A DNA stretch of 64,000 nucleotides from Octopus sinensis (lineage: Eukaryota): NCBI RefSeq assembly GCF_006345805.1, contig NC_043000.1, forward strand, positions 78,120,001-78,184,000. Direction: 5' to 3'. The position numbers were made by a program, and so were the translations under genes. Position 1 is the first letter of the stretch. Every line of letters begins with the position of its first letter. The notes beneath the pieces are model-generated. The model was not told the origin of the DNA. It worked only from the letters and a program-made list of their open reading frames with translations, and made no database searches. This document shows, in pieces, positions 1-13,326 of the stretch.

Positions 1-43
<43 letters not shown>

Positions 44-44
<1 letters not shown>

Positions 45-436
45 TAGCAGTATCGCCCGGCGTTGCTCGGTTGGAGGGGAAATAACTATATAAGCATTTT
101 TAGAGAGTTATAGCCAAAAAATAGCAAAAAAAATGCATTAAAAATTGAAAAAAAATTAAGGTAAATTTTTTTTAAATCGTTGACACATCGTAGATATTTT
201 TAGAGAGTTACTTCCCTTATATAAAAGCGAAAAAATGCATTAAAATGGAAAAATATGATGGTAAATTTTTTTTAAATCGTAGACTCATCGTAGACGCGCG
301 CTAATACCCAGAAGGGCTCGATATGAATCACGACTATAAGATACCCGCTTTTGGTTAAACTGCACCGCAAAATGTGGGAGTAATTACGAATGTAAATCGA
401 AGGGGACAGACACACAACTTCACTCTTATATAAAGA
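44..436 (-). mobile_element. Non-autonomous Helitron (family A)
   Basis: On the minus strand it starts TC and ends with a GC hairpin plus CTAG, inserted between A and T. It has an internal ~100-bp duplication. A second copy lies at 6085-6390. Confidence 0.75.
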
Positions 437-1261
437 TGCTTTTTTTTTCAGTCATAGAGTTAGATTTATGAAGGTCTTCAGTAGAAAATCCTTCGAATTC
501 TGACTCGCTGCTTGATATAATGAAATTCGTATCCATTTTTTGTCAGAATTACAAATTTTGAAAACACAATAGGAACAAATTTCGGAAAAAAATCTCCCAT
601 AATTCACGGAATTAAAATTACACTTCGATTTTTGTACAAAACTGTATTTGAAGTGTTTACGAAGTATAATACGTGTTTTCACGAATGTACTAAAGAGATT
701 TACTCTGATATTCTCATTTAAATATGAATAGGTAAATTCGGGCGGTTTGGTAACGAAAGGGTTTATATAAGTGTCGTCTGTTTATACATAAACACTGTTT
801 CATAGTTTCAGTTTAGTCTTCCTCAAATCACTGTCGCTAATTTACTCTCTTCCAAGAACATTTTCACTCACTGTTATCTGTTAGCTTCCCATACATTTTA
901 CTCATGTATCTATCAGCGTGATAGACAGAAACAAATATTACATTTACTTTCATTTTATTCGTTGCCCACTGTGTGTGTGCGTTTGCGTGTGGTGTAAACC
1001 AGACTAAGAAAAGCATTTGACACACACACCAGAATGTGAGTTTTCTGTAAATTTTGCTTAATTGGAGTTTAAATTTTAAAAACTGGACCTGGCATGACGC
1101 GATGCATTGTACTCTTAAAACTGCTAGGTAAATTGTAATTGAAGAAATCCTATATTGTAGATTTGTATAACTCCCAAAGGGAGGCAGATAAAATCTGCCT
1201 TTTATAATAAGAGATATATATGTATGTATATATATATATATATTATATGTATATATATATA

Positions 1262-1540
1262 TAAACTTTGATAAACTTAGATATGTTTCGACCAAAGATT
1301 GGTCCAGGCCATGTCTAACTTAATAACACCACCTGATATGATTATCTAAATCCTGTTTAAGTCAAGTTTTGTTTGTGGTCCATTCAAGTAGTGAGTTTTT
1401 GTTGGGTGAGTTGTATTCAATTATGCGTGGCTTATCTGGTATTCCTTGAAGGAATCTATCCAGACTCCGTTTAAAGTTGATGGAATCCTTTTCCTCTTTG
1501 ATCTCTTTCGGGACAATGTTAAATAGGGCAAGGCCTGTTG
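1262..1540 (-). mobile_element. 3' fragment of a CR1/L2-group LINE
   Basis: The minus strand translates GLALFNIVPKEIKEEKDSINFKRSLDRFLQGIPDKP, which resembles the C-terminus of the LINE at 46.9-47.9 kb, followed by a stem-loop+GAAAC 3' tail. Confidence 0.65.
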
Positions 1541-1920
1541 AGAAAAAGAAATTATATATATCAGAGGCAACTCCAGGTCATCAGCCTCACACGGGCTCAT
1601 CATAGCTTTCGCGCAAGACACATATATAAACGAAGGTATGAGACGTAATGCACAATGCAGACTTATATGGTGCACTGATAATTTAACAATAAGAAATATA
1701 GTTTTAATATAAAAATTACTAATTAATCTAAGACATGAGAAAAGTATTGCCTGCGTTCATGCGGGAAAATATGTATTTTTCAAATTTAAATAATTGATTT
1801 ATTATCTCTCTCACTGGAATACCTGTACATTCCCCTCGAATCCCTAGCCCCACTAATATAAATTACCTCCCCTAATTACTACCTAACTAAACTTCCATTA
1901 ATATTAATATCTACCTATGT

Positions 1921-2565
1921 TACACCTCCATTACACCTACTTTTAGTATAATTTTATGAAAATCACCACTAATTAACATTTTGTACACACCATGAGTAAA
2001 TTTCTATCAACATTTCAGCTTAAACAATTGCTAACTTTTATAACTATTTTACCATCATGCTAACGTTTGTAATATTTATATCTGTTTGATTATTATTCAC
2101 ACAACTATTCTTCATAAATAACAATATTAGCACATCTTTAACTACAAAATAATGCCTGATATGCACACATATTTTCACATTTATATTTATATATTTTATA
2201 TCTTTACACTTTCATTCTTACATAAATATGCATGTTGATTATTTTATTTACTTATTATTTATATTATTATAAAACACCTCCATTACACGTATATTTAGCA
2301 TCATTTTATACCAGTCACACCAAATATCTAACCTATTGTCCACACCATAAGTAACCTTCTATCAATATTTGGGCATACACAATTGCTAACTTTTATAACT
2401 ATTTAACTTTTATTCTAACCTTTTGAATTGACACTCTTGATAACACTTACATCAGTTTTTACTATTATTCACACAACTACCTTTAACTAATAACCATATT
2501 AACACATCCTTAACTTAACAAAAAATCAATACCTGATATGCATCCACATTTTTATATTTCTATAT
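1921..2565. repeat. Diverged tandem duplication, period ~350 bp
   Basis: acacctccattacac...acaattgctaacttttataactattt...cctgatatgca occurs at ~1922 and again at ~2274. Confidence 0.7.
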
Positions 2566-2934
2566 TTTATACCTTTACCCTTTCGTACATGTATATGCAT
2601 GTGACTGTGTTTGGATAGGTTGCTAGTACAGGCATATATGTACACATATACGTGTGTACACGCGTATGGACACATGTAAGTATATGTGTATATGTATGCA
2701 TTGATATATGGACAGATCTATGTGCAGGAGCATTTATATACATGTGAGTGTGTGTATAGGTTGCCAAAACAGACCTATATTTGCACATGTGTGTGCTATA
2801 ATCTATGTATATTTGTACACAACTATATGGGTGTGAATGCATATACTTTTGTACTTATATATATATATGTATGAGTTTATATGTATACGTATTTTTATAT
2901 ATGCTTATGAGTGTGCGTATATATTTGTGAATGT

Positions 2935-2943
2935 ATGTATATA

Positions 2944-3005
<62 letters not shown>

Positions 3006-3096
3006 TGTATACACGGGTATGTACGTATGTCTATGTACATGCACCTGTATATGTATGTTAGTGTGTATGTATGGATATATAATAATAATAATAATA

Positions 3097-3136
<40 letters not shown>

Positions 3137-3158
3137 TAAAATAATAATAATAATAATG

Positions 3159-3190
<32 letters not shown>

Positions 3191-3229
3191 TAAATTATAA
3201 TAATAATAATGATAATAATAATAATAATA

Positions 3230-3309
<80 letters not shown>

Positions 3310-3328
3310 CATGATGATCATGATGATC

Positions 3329-3387
<59 letters not shown>

Positions 3388-3410
3388 TAATAATAATAAT
3401 AATAATAATG
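2935..3410. repeat. Compound (TA)n / (AAT)n / (GAT)n microsatellite
   Basis: Directly visible. Confidence 0.95.
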
Positions 3411-3432
3411 ATGCAGTACCAGGCAGTGGTTG

Positions 3433-3985
3433 CCCTGATGCAGTACCAGGCAGTGGCTCTCATGGCTTCTGATCTTAACTGATTGGAAGTGTTATCATGT
3501 ACATTGTTTTGTCTTGGTATAAAAGATGGGCTACAGCAAATATTCTGCTCAATACCACAGATTTGCTTGTCAGTTGTTTGACCTTAACCAGTTGAGCATG
3601 TCCCTTAGTGGCTGACGATATGTGCATCTCTGATCATGAGCAGAAGTAGTGGGGGAGCATCATAGCCATGTGTTGAGAGGGATTCTTTGGGGTTTGAATA
3701 ATTCACCTCTGGAAACATGGGTGGTTCTTTCAACATCCTTAAACAACCCTTATTCAGGGACCTTTTGAGCGGGATGGGCTACTCAACCTGAAGAAAATTC
3801 TAACTGGGCCCCACCTGCAAGGTCATGTGCTGTTTATCTTGATATGAGATCACCATGTCGCGCACATATGGTTGTGATGCATGTGCCTGGTGTACCTTTA
3901 TCAGACGGGTAGTCATGATGGGTATATTGGGCTTCGTATATTTTACCCCAGTGTCACTTTGATGGCATGCACTGCTCTCTCACTC
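3433..3985 (+). mobile_element. ~550-bp non-coding retroposon inserted in (AAT)n
   Basis: Runs from ccctgatgcagtaccaggcagtgg to ctctctcactc(aat)n. Further copies at 37698, 38367 and 40434; partial copies at 5760 (-) and 29005. Confidence 0.8.
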
Positions 3986-4003
3986 AATAATAATAATAAT
4001 AAT

Positions 4004-4135
4004 AATCCTTTTCTACTATAGGCACAAGACCTGAAATATTGAAAAAGAGGATAGTTGATTACATTGACTCCAGTACTATTTATCAATCCCGAACGTATCA
4101 AAGACATAGTCGGCAAAATTTGATCTCCGAACGTA
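4004..4135 (-). mobile_element. Degenerate tRNA-SINE (inverted partner of 4153-4368)
   Basis: ttctactataggcacaagac is the reverse complement of the SINE 3' end at ~4340-4360. Confidence 0.6.
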
Positions 4136-4152
4136 CAGAGGCCGTTTATTTA

Positions 4153-4368
4153 AGCCAGCGAGCTGGCAGAATCGTTAGCACACTAGACGAAATGCTTAGC
4201 TGTATTTCGCCCGTCGCTACGTCGTAAGTTCAAATTCCGCTGAGGTTGACTTTGCTTTTCATCCTTTCAAGTCCGATAAATTAAGTACCAGTCAAGCACT
4301 TAATGTGACCGACTTTCCCCTCCCATCAACACTTTCAGTCTTTGTGCCTATAGTAGAAACGATTATTA
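4153..4368 (+). mobile_element. tRNA-derived SINE
   Basis: A-box-like tggcagaatcg, B-box-like gttcaaattcc, core gactttgcttttcatcc. Same family as 61371-61582. Confidence 0.75.
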
Positions 4369-5554
4369 TTAATATTACCCAAACTTGTTACAAGTGTCTG
4401 ACTTATATAAGTAGTAGCCTTTTATTAATGTTTATTTCGATATTTATAAACCAGTGCTTTTGTTATATTTCGCACTAAGTATTTGTTTATATACATTTCA
4501 GTACTTTGTTTTGTTTATTGGTGAGATTATTTGAGCGGTGTTTGTATGTATGGTGCAGGTAAGATGCATGTCTGTATGTATAGAGAAAACATACCTTTAT
4601 ATTTATCGAGAGACAGAGATCAATATATTCAAACGGATACATGTTCGAATACATAGCCAACTCGCATACGCATATACACATCCACATACGCCATCCACAC
4701 ACGCGCACGCACGCACGCATAAATATATATTATATGCATGGGTGAGCGTGTATGTATATGTGTGTGTGCGCGCGTGTGCGCGTGTGTCTGTGTGCGTGTA
4801 TGAGTATATGCGTGTATCTATCAGTGTGTGTGTGTATGTAGATATATATATATATATATGTTTGTATGTATGTGTGTATGTATGCATGCATGTATGCATA
4901 TATACACACACACACACACTCAAGCAGAAATATGTGTGTACATATATGTCGGTGTGCGACTGTACGATTGTGTGCGAGTGAGAGAGAGAGAGAAAGAGAG
5001 AATATATGTATGTATTTATCTGCTACAGATATCATATATTTAATGGTATAAATAGTTCTGTAATAAAATTCCTTTGATCATTGAGAGAACTTTTGTCTTA
5101 TTTTGGTTTTTCTTTTACACACGAATATAAAACGAACAAACATAAATAACAACGATATTGCACAACAACGGGAAGAGAAAAAATGAGACAGTGATAGAGA
5201 AAATGGCGAGAGCGGCTGTGATGAACAGATATATTGGCATACCATCACATTGGTAATAAAAAAAAGAGAAGAAAAAGCCAAAATTTGTAGCAGGAGAATA
5301 CAAAAGCTTCCCACCACCACCGTAACCACTGATTTTTCAGTCATCCAACCTACCAAATCAGTTTCATAAAAATATAAAATAGACTACAAAAGCTGCAAGC
5401 ATAAAGCACATGAAGAGAACAGCAGCAAAGATATAAAACAATTACTGTACAATAGATATAAAATTGTCGCAAATGGATACCCCAACATTTTAACAACGTC
5501 CTCACCATAAATGAGAAAAATAATAATTGTTTCTTGTTGAAGCACAAAGCCAGC

Positions 5555-5745
5555 AATTTTTAAGGATAAGAAGTCGAAGCTTTGGACTACAGTATTTATT
5601 GGTACCGTATTTTATTCATTTAGCCTGAAAAAGGATGTATAACGAAGCTGACATCGGCGCGATTTGAACTCAGAATGTAAAGAACCTGAGGAAATAATTC
5701 AACTCCCTTCTTCCACGAGCTGATGATTCAGCCAGCTTACCGCAT
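5555..5745 (-). mobile_element. Degenerate SINE
   Basis: Contains aaaggatg...gcgcgatttgaactcagaa, the reverse complement of the SINE core and B box. Confidence 0.45.
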
Positions 5746-5759
5746 TTATATTATCGAGT

Positions 5760-5925
5760 AAGAGAGCAGCACATGCCATCAAAGTGACACTGGGATACAA
5801 ATATACGAAGCCCAATATACTCATCATGACTACCCGTCTGATAAGGGTACACCAGGCACATGCATTACAACCATATGTGTGCAACATGGCGATCCCATAT
5901 CAAGATAAACAGCACATGGCCTTGG
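5760..5925 (-). mobile_element. 3' fragment of the ~550-bp (AAT)n retroposon
   Basis: Reverse complement of ~3820-3985. Confidence 0.8.
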
Positions 5926-5934
5926 TCTCCACTA

Positions 5935-7010
5935 CGCAGTCTTTTCATTATTTTGTACAGCGATCTTAAGACTTTACGTTTGGCAGCTAATTCAACTTCT
6001 TCAGCCCATTGGTTTGTATATCTAAGTTTATCATTTCGTACAGATATCTTTACAGCCTTGTCCTCATTCATATATTGCATCATATCTTTATATATAAAAT
6101 TGAAGTTGTGTGTGTGAGACTCTGTCTCCTCCGATTTAGATTCCTAACTACTCCCACATTTTGCGGTGCAGTTTAACCAAAAGCGGGTATCTTATAGTCG
6201 TCATTCATATCGAGCCCTTCTGGGTATGAGCGCGCATCTACGATGAGTCTACGATTTTTAAAAAGATTACCATCATTTTTCCGCATTTTTAATGATTTTT
6301 GCTCGGGTTATATAAGGGAAGTAACTCTCTAAAAATGCTTATATAGTTATTTCCCTTACAAACCCGAGCAACGCCGGGCGATACTGCTAGTACTTTTCTA
6401 TATGCTTGGTTGATGTAGAGGTGAGAAGGTTCTTCTACATTTCTTTTCTTTTTGTCTATGATTTTCCATGTGTCTTTTGATATCCATTTGGGATTTTTTC
6501 TATAACCAATAGTTTCTTTAGCTGTGTCTGTAAGGGCATGGTTGAAATTGTCAATTGTTACATTCTCATTTGTTTGTAATGCACTGAAACTATTATGAAG
6601 TGCATCTTGATTGTATAATCATTCAGTTTGGTCTCATCAAAACGCTGATTCCTAGTGGTCCCTATACATTATTTTTTAGTTTGTGTTTGAGTTTTGCTAT
6701 GAGTATGTAGTGATCACTCCCGATGTCTGCATGTCGCACCACTCGTACATCGTGTAGGGAACGTCGCCATTTCTTGTTGATTATGATGTGGTCGATTTGG
6801 TTTTTGTTTTCCCATCAGGTGATGTCCAAGTTAATTTATATATTTTCTTGTGCTCAAAGAGTGTACCACCTATAACCAGGTTACTCACTTCACAAATATA
6901 TATCAGGCGTTCGCCGTTGTTTGTGAACCGACGCGTTCCATGATTCATTCTTTCTTGTCATTGTTGCTTCCAACTCTTGCGTTGAAATATCCCATTAACA
7001 ATATAGCACA
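5935..7010 (-). mobile_element. RTE-clade LINE, inverted 5' segment (APE endonuclease end and linker), interrupted by a Helitron
   Basis: Minus-strand NQIDHIIINKKWRRSL..DVRVVRHADIGSDH and EDKAVKISVRNDK..WAEEVELAA. Confidence 0.75.
6085..6390 (+). mobile_element. Non-autonomous Helitron (family A)
   Basis: A|TC...cccgagcaacgccggg hairpin...CTAG|T, no TSD. It splits the RTE element. Confidence 0.8.
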
Positions 7011-7049
7011 TCATGTACTATCAGTAAAATATTCACCAGTAAAATATTC

Positions 7050-8303
7050 ACCCATATACTGCATCGCATCACAGCAGCAGTAGCCCAATTACTTTACCAA
7101 GAGCATGCTGGATTCAGGAAAGGAAAATCATGTATCGACAATATTTCTGTAATTCGCCAAATGCGCGAACATTCTCATGAATGGAACTCATCTTTGTGCA
7201 TGCTGTTTGTTGACTTTGAAAAAGCTTTCGATGGCCTTCACCGAGATACACTTTGGAAGATTCTCAAACACTATGGTTTCCAACACTAATTAGTCACGAT
7301 AATTCGTTTCTTATATGAAAATTTCGAATGTCAAGTTATACACAGCAACAAACTTACACATCCGTTCGCAATCAAAATCGGAGTCAAAGAAGAATGCGTG
7401 TTATCACCAATCTTATTTTCATTGGCAGTGAATTGGTTGATGCAAAAGAACAACAGATGAATATAAACACGGTATAGAATGGAACACAACTCAACTAGAA
7501 GATTTAGGTTATGCAGACGACTTTTGTTTGTTCTCATGTACTCCTCAAGAGTTACAAAACAAATCTGAAAGACTTAGTCAACACCATAGGTCTCAAAATC
7601 AACGAGAAGAAAGCGTACACTCTTTTTAAGAATATAACAGATGCTGACCTTGTGACTTTGAACGACAAACCAATCGCAAATGTTGACGAATTTAACTATC
7701 AAGGCACCAAAATAACAACGGATGGAAACTGTATTCATGAGATAAATACAAAAATCAACAAAGCCAACCAATCATTCGGTATGTTAATCTCAATATGGAA
7801 ATCATCAATACTCAGCAAGAGCACCAAAATAGGATTTTACAAAAGCAACATATTTATCATCCTCCTCTATGGATCCAAACATTAGAAAATAGCCAAAAGT
7901 ATTGAAAAGAAATTGGAGGTGTTTCAAAATAAATGTTTACCATAATTTTGAAGGTCTACTGGCCAAATATGATCTCGAATAGTCATCTATACATCAAGGC
8001 TAACGTGAAACTAATAACAGAATCTATTGAAGCAAAGAGATAGAAATGACTGGGTCGAGTTTGTTGTTATACACCGAACTCAATTGTCAGGATCGCTTTG
8101 CAATCGGTTCCACAAGGTGAAAGAAGACATGACCGACCAAAGGAAACGTAGCAGAGAACATTAAAATCTTAAAAGTAGAGGGTTAACTGTTGAACAAGCT
8201 GTGGTGGACGCTTTCAGTGTTAGATAGTGGAATGAACTTGCTATCCCCTCAAGTGCCACAACGCACAATGAGAACTGAATGAATGAATGAATGAATGAAT
8301 GAA
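7050..8303 (+). mobile_element. RTE-clade LINE, RT and 3' end (decayed)
   Basis: FVDFEKAFD, LGYADD, GLKINEKK and LLYGS motifs, ending in a (TGAA)n tail at 8276-8303. Confidence 0.85.
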
Positions 8304-8309
8304 TATGCA

Positions 8310-11300
8310 CACAACAGAATAGACTGTTAGGAAAGAAAAGCTCCTAACATCGGGCTACAACAAGTAACCTTAGATGCCAAAAAGCCTCCAAAGTATCCTA
8401 GCTGTCCCTAATAACATTGTTTTCTGGAGCTGTACTAAACTGGGTTTTATGCCCATTTCATCTATCCATCTGTTCAAATATATAGGGATACTTCCCAATG
8501 CACCTAGAACTACTGGGATACATTTTACCCAAACTTTCCATAGTCTCTGTAATTCAATGGCTAGGTCCTGGTACTTTGCTATATTTTATATACCTCACAT
8601 ATTCATTTTTCATCATTTGGGATTGTAAAGTCAATCATCTGGTACTTTCTATTCTCTTTATCAACTACTACTAAATCAGGACTTCTAGCTTCTATTATTC
8701 TGTTATTCTTAATGTTAAAGTCCTACAACATTTTATATTTCTTACTTTCTAGTACTTTACAAGGTTCAAGTTCATACCATTTATTAATATGTTCAAATCC
8801 TAGCTTTCTACATAACTCCCAGTGGAATACTCTCCCTAAGTTGTCATGTCTTTTCTTGTATTCTTTCTGTACCAGCATGCCACATGAGTAACGCTTTCAT
8901 CTTTTGATTTGCATAGCCCACATCGAGAATCTACTTAGTTTTTGTCATCTTGACTTTTATCCAATTAGTCCTTAATGCTTGATATTATGCTGTTATTAAC
9001 AAACTTTCTGTCTCTCTTTTCAGCCTTCCTTTCTGAAAGCATAATCATATCTCACTACCACTATTTTCTGCAACTATCTTTGGGAATCAACCAAGCAAAG
9101 CCTTCTCCTGCCAGTCAGATAACCACTGCACTTTTTTCTAGATTTTAACTTCGGTTGGGTTTTTAGCTTCGTTTGGATTTCTCTGTCTTGCTGTGACTCT
9201 ATCAGCTTCTAATAAACTTTCTTTACTATTACTTTCATAAGAGTCTATATCTACCCTAGCTAGATCCACCCTTTTCTGCCTTCCTTTCTAGATAAGTATA
9301 ATCTTACTACTCCTGCCCTAGGGCGGAGTCCTTCATTCAAATTGAATTTCTCTCCAGTCTAGCTTTGCTAGTTCAGTTTTTTTTCTAATATACGAAAGCT
9401 GTTAAGTATCTAAGTAATGATATTACCCAAGTATTTACAGCTTTCACTGGATTCGGACCATTTGGTTTTGACTTCATTAGCTTCCTTACTCTTCTAATAT
9501 ATCCCTTCTCAACTTTCGTTTTCATTTCTATAGTCAGTACTCTGTCAAAATCTAATACTTCTAGAGACTTATAAACCTCTCTTCCTTTCGATCATTTTAA
9601 TGTCTGCCCATCTGGTAATTGGATTCCTTCACTGTTGACTACTTGTCCCCTTCTCATGACTAATATTGCACACTTATCTCTGGCAAATTCCATGCCTATA
9701 TCTTTACAGAAGAGTCCTACAGTCCGTATTGAAGAATCTTAAACTCAGGGGGATCAAACATAAGACAAATATTAAAGAGGATAGCGAGTCCCTTTGGAAA
9801 ATTCCTCCCTTGACATTAACTTTCCCTAAGACTGTATTCACCCGAGTAAAGATCTACTTTCTATTTCCTCATGTTACAGCTAATTAATTCTCTTATGTTG
9901 TCTGCTATATTGAATATACTCGAACATTCAGTCATCCATGAGTGTGAGATTATGTCATAGGTTTTCTGATAATCTATATAGGCTATTGTTAGATTTTTCT
10001 TTCTAGCTTTTAATTCATTTAGAACTGCTTTTTCTATGTATCATGCGTTCTTCTAGCCTTCTTTCTGAAGCCTTTCTGTTCTGGGAGGAAACTCTGGTTG
10101 ACAAGGTGCTCGTAAATGCTTTCTGAAAGCATTCCTGTTCGCTGCTTCTACACTAATGATAACTAAGTGATTGGTCTATAATTGCTAGCTGTATTGTCCT
10201 TGCTTTTATCTTTCATAAAGAGTATTGTCCTCCCTCTAGTCATCCAATCTGGTATTATTCCTCCACTTAGGTAATCCTCGAGTTGTTCCCTCAGCCTCCC
10301 ATGTAAACTACTAAATTTCTTTAGCCAGTACCCTTGAACTAAATCTGGTCCTGAGCCCTTCGGCATTTTCCTAGCACTTTACTCAATGCGCTAGTCTTAG
10401 ATCTGGCTGCTTCTCACTCATTTTCTTTAACCATACTGCATCATCTCCATTGACTGGTTTATCCCAACTATTACTCCAGAACTTTCTAGCTTCTTCAGCA
10501 TTAAGTTTCTCATCTTCAGTACTTCGTTCTCCACTATTTATTTTGTTATAAAATCTCTTCTGGTCTATTTCAAATAGTCTATAATTTGATACTGATCTAT
10601 TCTCTTTTCTGATATCTGGAGAGCTTACCTGCAACTGCTATGATACGCTGTTTCAACTTTTCAATGACTGTCCCAAATCCTTCTCTTTGATTACGTATCT
10701 TTTCTCAAGAGAAGATTTGCATCTTGTATTTCCTAACTTATTCAGTTTCCAGGCTTCTGTTCTACTCAGATCATGTCTTAAAATCTTCATTTTATTTTGT
10801 AATCTCCTTTTCCACATTTGCTCTTTCTTAATCTTTCCTTGTGGAATATCTCATCTTCAAGTAACTACTACCCACTCCTGCATAGATCAATAAGTTAGTG
10901 TCTCCAATATTTTTAGTATCTGTCCTACTGTTAACAGAATCTCCTTTCCTAGTCATATCTAGCAGCTGCCTTCTATTGATACCTTTTTAATACTGGCAAT
11001 CTTTTTCTTATTTCTTTACTCATTACTTCCTGCAACTCATCTAAAATCTTCTGATCTTCCTCACTTAAATCACTTAAGACGCTGATGCCTGTTGTCTCTT
11101 CTTTATTGGAAGTTCTATTATTATTTTTCCTTTAGGTTCTTCTTTGGTTTGAGATGTATCTCTTATGTTGTTTGTCTTTCCTACTGCCTGGTCTTTCCTT
11201 TCCAGTTCTCTTGTGATCTCTTCCACCTCCAATTTTCTCATACACTTTATTCTCCTAACAGCATTAGCTTGATCTACTAATCCTTGCACAGTCACTTTTA

Positions 11301-11640
11301 ACATACCCTTCTCTATCTAAAGTGTTAAAATCCGTTTCCTACAGCCCTTTCTTTTAGGTTCACTTTCTAAGTAGCACTGCATCACTATCCTGTTTTTTTC
11401 GATGGTCCACTTCCCCCTCCTTACTCTATCATCTGCTGATGCTGTATTATGATAACAGCTGTGGGCAGTCTGCATATTCACTGAACCATTGTCAAGCGAG
11501 AGGCCTTTCGTTAAAGGTCCAGCTTCATTTTCGCTGTTACAGCCAGGGTTTCTGCGGAAACTCTTGTCTCTCGTGATCTGAGGTAAGGTAACGTTCGTTA
11601 CCAATGTCATCAACACTAATATTTTTCGACATATGATAGT
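8310..11640 (-). mobile_element. Decayed near-full-length R4/Dong-type (RLE) LINE
   Basis: Minus-strand RRGKWTIEKNRIVMQCYLES, NYRLFEIDQKRFY, GPDLVQGYWLKKF and GRTILFMKDK..NYRPIT, with many stops. Confidence 0.85.
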
Positions 11641-12434
11641 TTCAAGCAAGTTTCTATTGCATCATTTGTTGCAGCTCTGTGCTGGTGAGATGGTGTGTGT
11701 TGCATTTGTTTTTCTTTTTTTGAGGAAGTAGGAGAGAATATTGTATTGCATCAGTATGTTTTGTTATGGGGTTTGGTTTGAGTTTTCTGTTGTATTAGTT
11801 TTTGTATTGTGCTGTTTGTACAGCATAGCTTGTGTTCTTCTGTTGAGTATCGGACTTCTATGGCATACATAGGCTTTGTTCATTTTGTTGGGTATTTACT
11901 GTATGAGTTTATTCATGTATGTTTTTGGATGAGCGTTGCTTAGTAGTGTATGTAAATCATAAATCAACTATTTCATAGTATTAATGGTTATCTATCCATC
12001 GTTGTTTCTTTTGGGGTTGGTTTTGTTATGAGTCCGTCTTTACAGCGTTTACTTTTTAGCAGAACACCGCCCACGGACATGTGTTGATGTTTCTCTAGTC
12101 TTTATAATTATTATTGATGTATAAACGAGGGACCGAGAAGAAACAGCAATTCGCATATATAGAGAGGTATTGTATAAATATGGATATATATGTAATAAAA
12201 ATTTGAAATTTAATACTTTACTCACAGCCGAGAGACCGAGAAGAAACAACAATACGCATATATATAGAGGTCTTATATGAATATGGAAGTATTTGTAATT
12301 AAAATTTGAAAGTTTTAATTTCACTCACAGGCTTGGAGTTTTCGTATAGATATATTTTATTGCAGTCTATGTGTCTACATTTTTACGCGCGTGTTGCTTG
12401 GCAGTGCATCTGAGGGAATCTATTTTTATATGCA

Positions 12435-12684
12435 CAGGGTTGGCCAAAAGTCACCCGATAGTAAATCAAAATTCCATAAATGCTATCTGTAATTCTGTAA
12501 AGACTCGAATGGAAAAATGTTTAGTTCAAGGAGTTCAGTTTGAACAATTTTCCTGATATTTCATTTCCAGATGCTTGTATTAAATTCATTCAGTTGTTAA
12601 ACATACATAAAACATACATACGTAAATCAAAACCATGAATTAAATGGTTTTAATTTACTGTCGGGTGACTTTTGGCCAAACCTG
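12435..12684. mobile_element. Tc1/mariner-type MITE (250 bp)
   Basis: ~32-bp TIRs cagggttggccaaaagtcacccga / tcgggtgacttttggccaaacctg, with TA at the right flank. Confidence 0.8.
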
Positions 12685-12698
12685 TATGTATATATATG

Positions 12699-12738
<40 letters not shown>

Positions 12739-12755
12739 TTATATATATATATATA

Positions 12756-12836
<81 letters not shown>

Positions 12837-12932
12837 TGTATGTATAAGGGTGGAAAGGAACACACGAGTTGATATATATGAAAAAACAAGTCAAAAATAG
12901 AAAATGCTAAGATAATTTTATAGTGAATCTTT

Positions 12933-12970
12933 CAGTACCGGTTTCGGTCATTTTGAGACCTTTTCAACTG
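12933..12970 (-). ncRNA. Minimal type I hammerhead ribozyme motif, U3-A8 variant
   Basis: cag UUGAAAA GGUC ucaaaau GACC GAAAC CG GUA cug, with palindromic stem III ACCGGU. Confidence 0.6.
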
Positions 12971-13235
12971 TAACGATTAAATAATTAAATTTAGAAAAAT
13001 TAGAAGAAAAGTTTTTTTAAAAGAATATTTCTATAGTAGTGTTCAGATATAAGTGGCATTCTGCCTTTCTCAGACTCCCTTGTTTGCACTTGTGTGTTCG
13101 ACCTCGAACACACAAGTGCAAACAAGGGAGTCAGAGAAAGGCAGAATGCCACTTATATCTGAACACTACTATAGACATATTCTTTTAAAAAAAACTTTTC
13201 TTCTAATTTTTCTAAATTTAATTATTTAATCGTTA

Positions 13236-13273
13236 CAGTTGAAAAGGTCTCAAAATGACCGAAACAGGTACTG
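13236..13273 (+). ncRNA. Minimal hammerhead motif, U3-A8 variant (mirror copy)
   Basis: cag TTGAAAA GGTC tcaaaat GACC GAAAC AG GTA ctg. Confidence 0.55.
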
Positions 13274-13326
13274 AAAGATTCACTATAAAATTATCTTAGC
13301 ATTTTCTATTTTTGACTTGTTTTTTC

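Noticed and set aside
1283-1312. Hairpin followed by GAAAC on the minus strand, resembling a hammerhead half
   Set aside because: There is no CUGANGA core or stem I. It is the 3' stem-loop of a CR1-like LINE.
2855-3472. Long ORFs rich in Y/I/H/M here and at 12.6-14.6, 45.6-47, 53-54, 59.4-60 and 62-63 kb
   Set aside because: They are translations of (TA)n, (AAT)n, (GAT)n and similar microsatellites.
3433-3500. HDV-like or hammerhead ribozyme at the 5' end of the 550-bp retroposon
   Set aside because: CTGATGC is not the hammerhead core, and no nested double pseudoknot could be built by eye.
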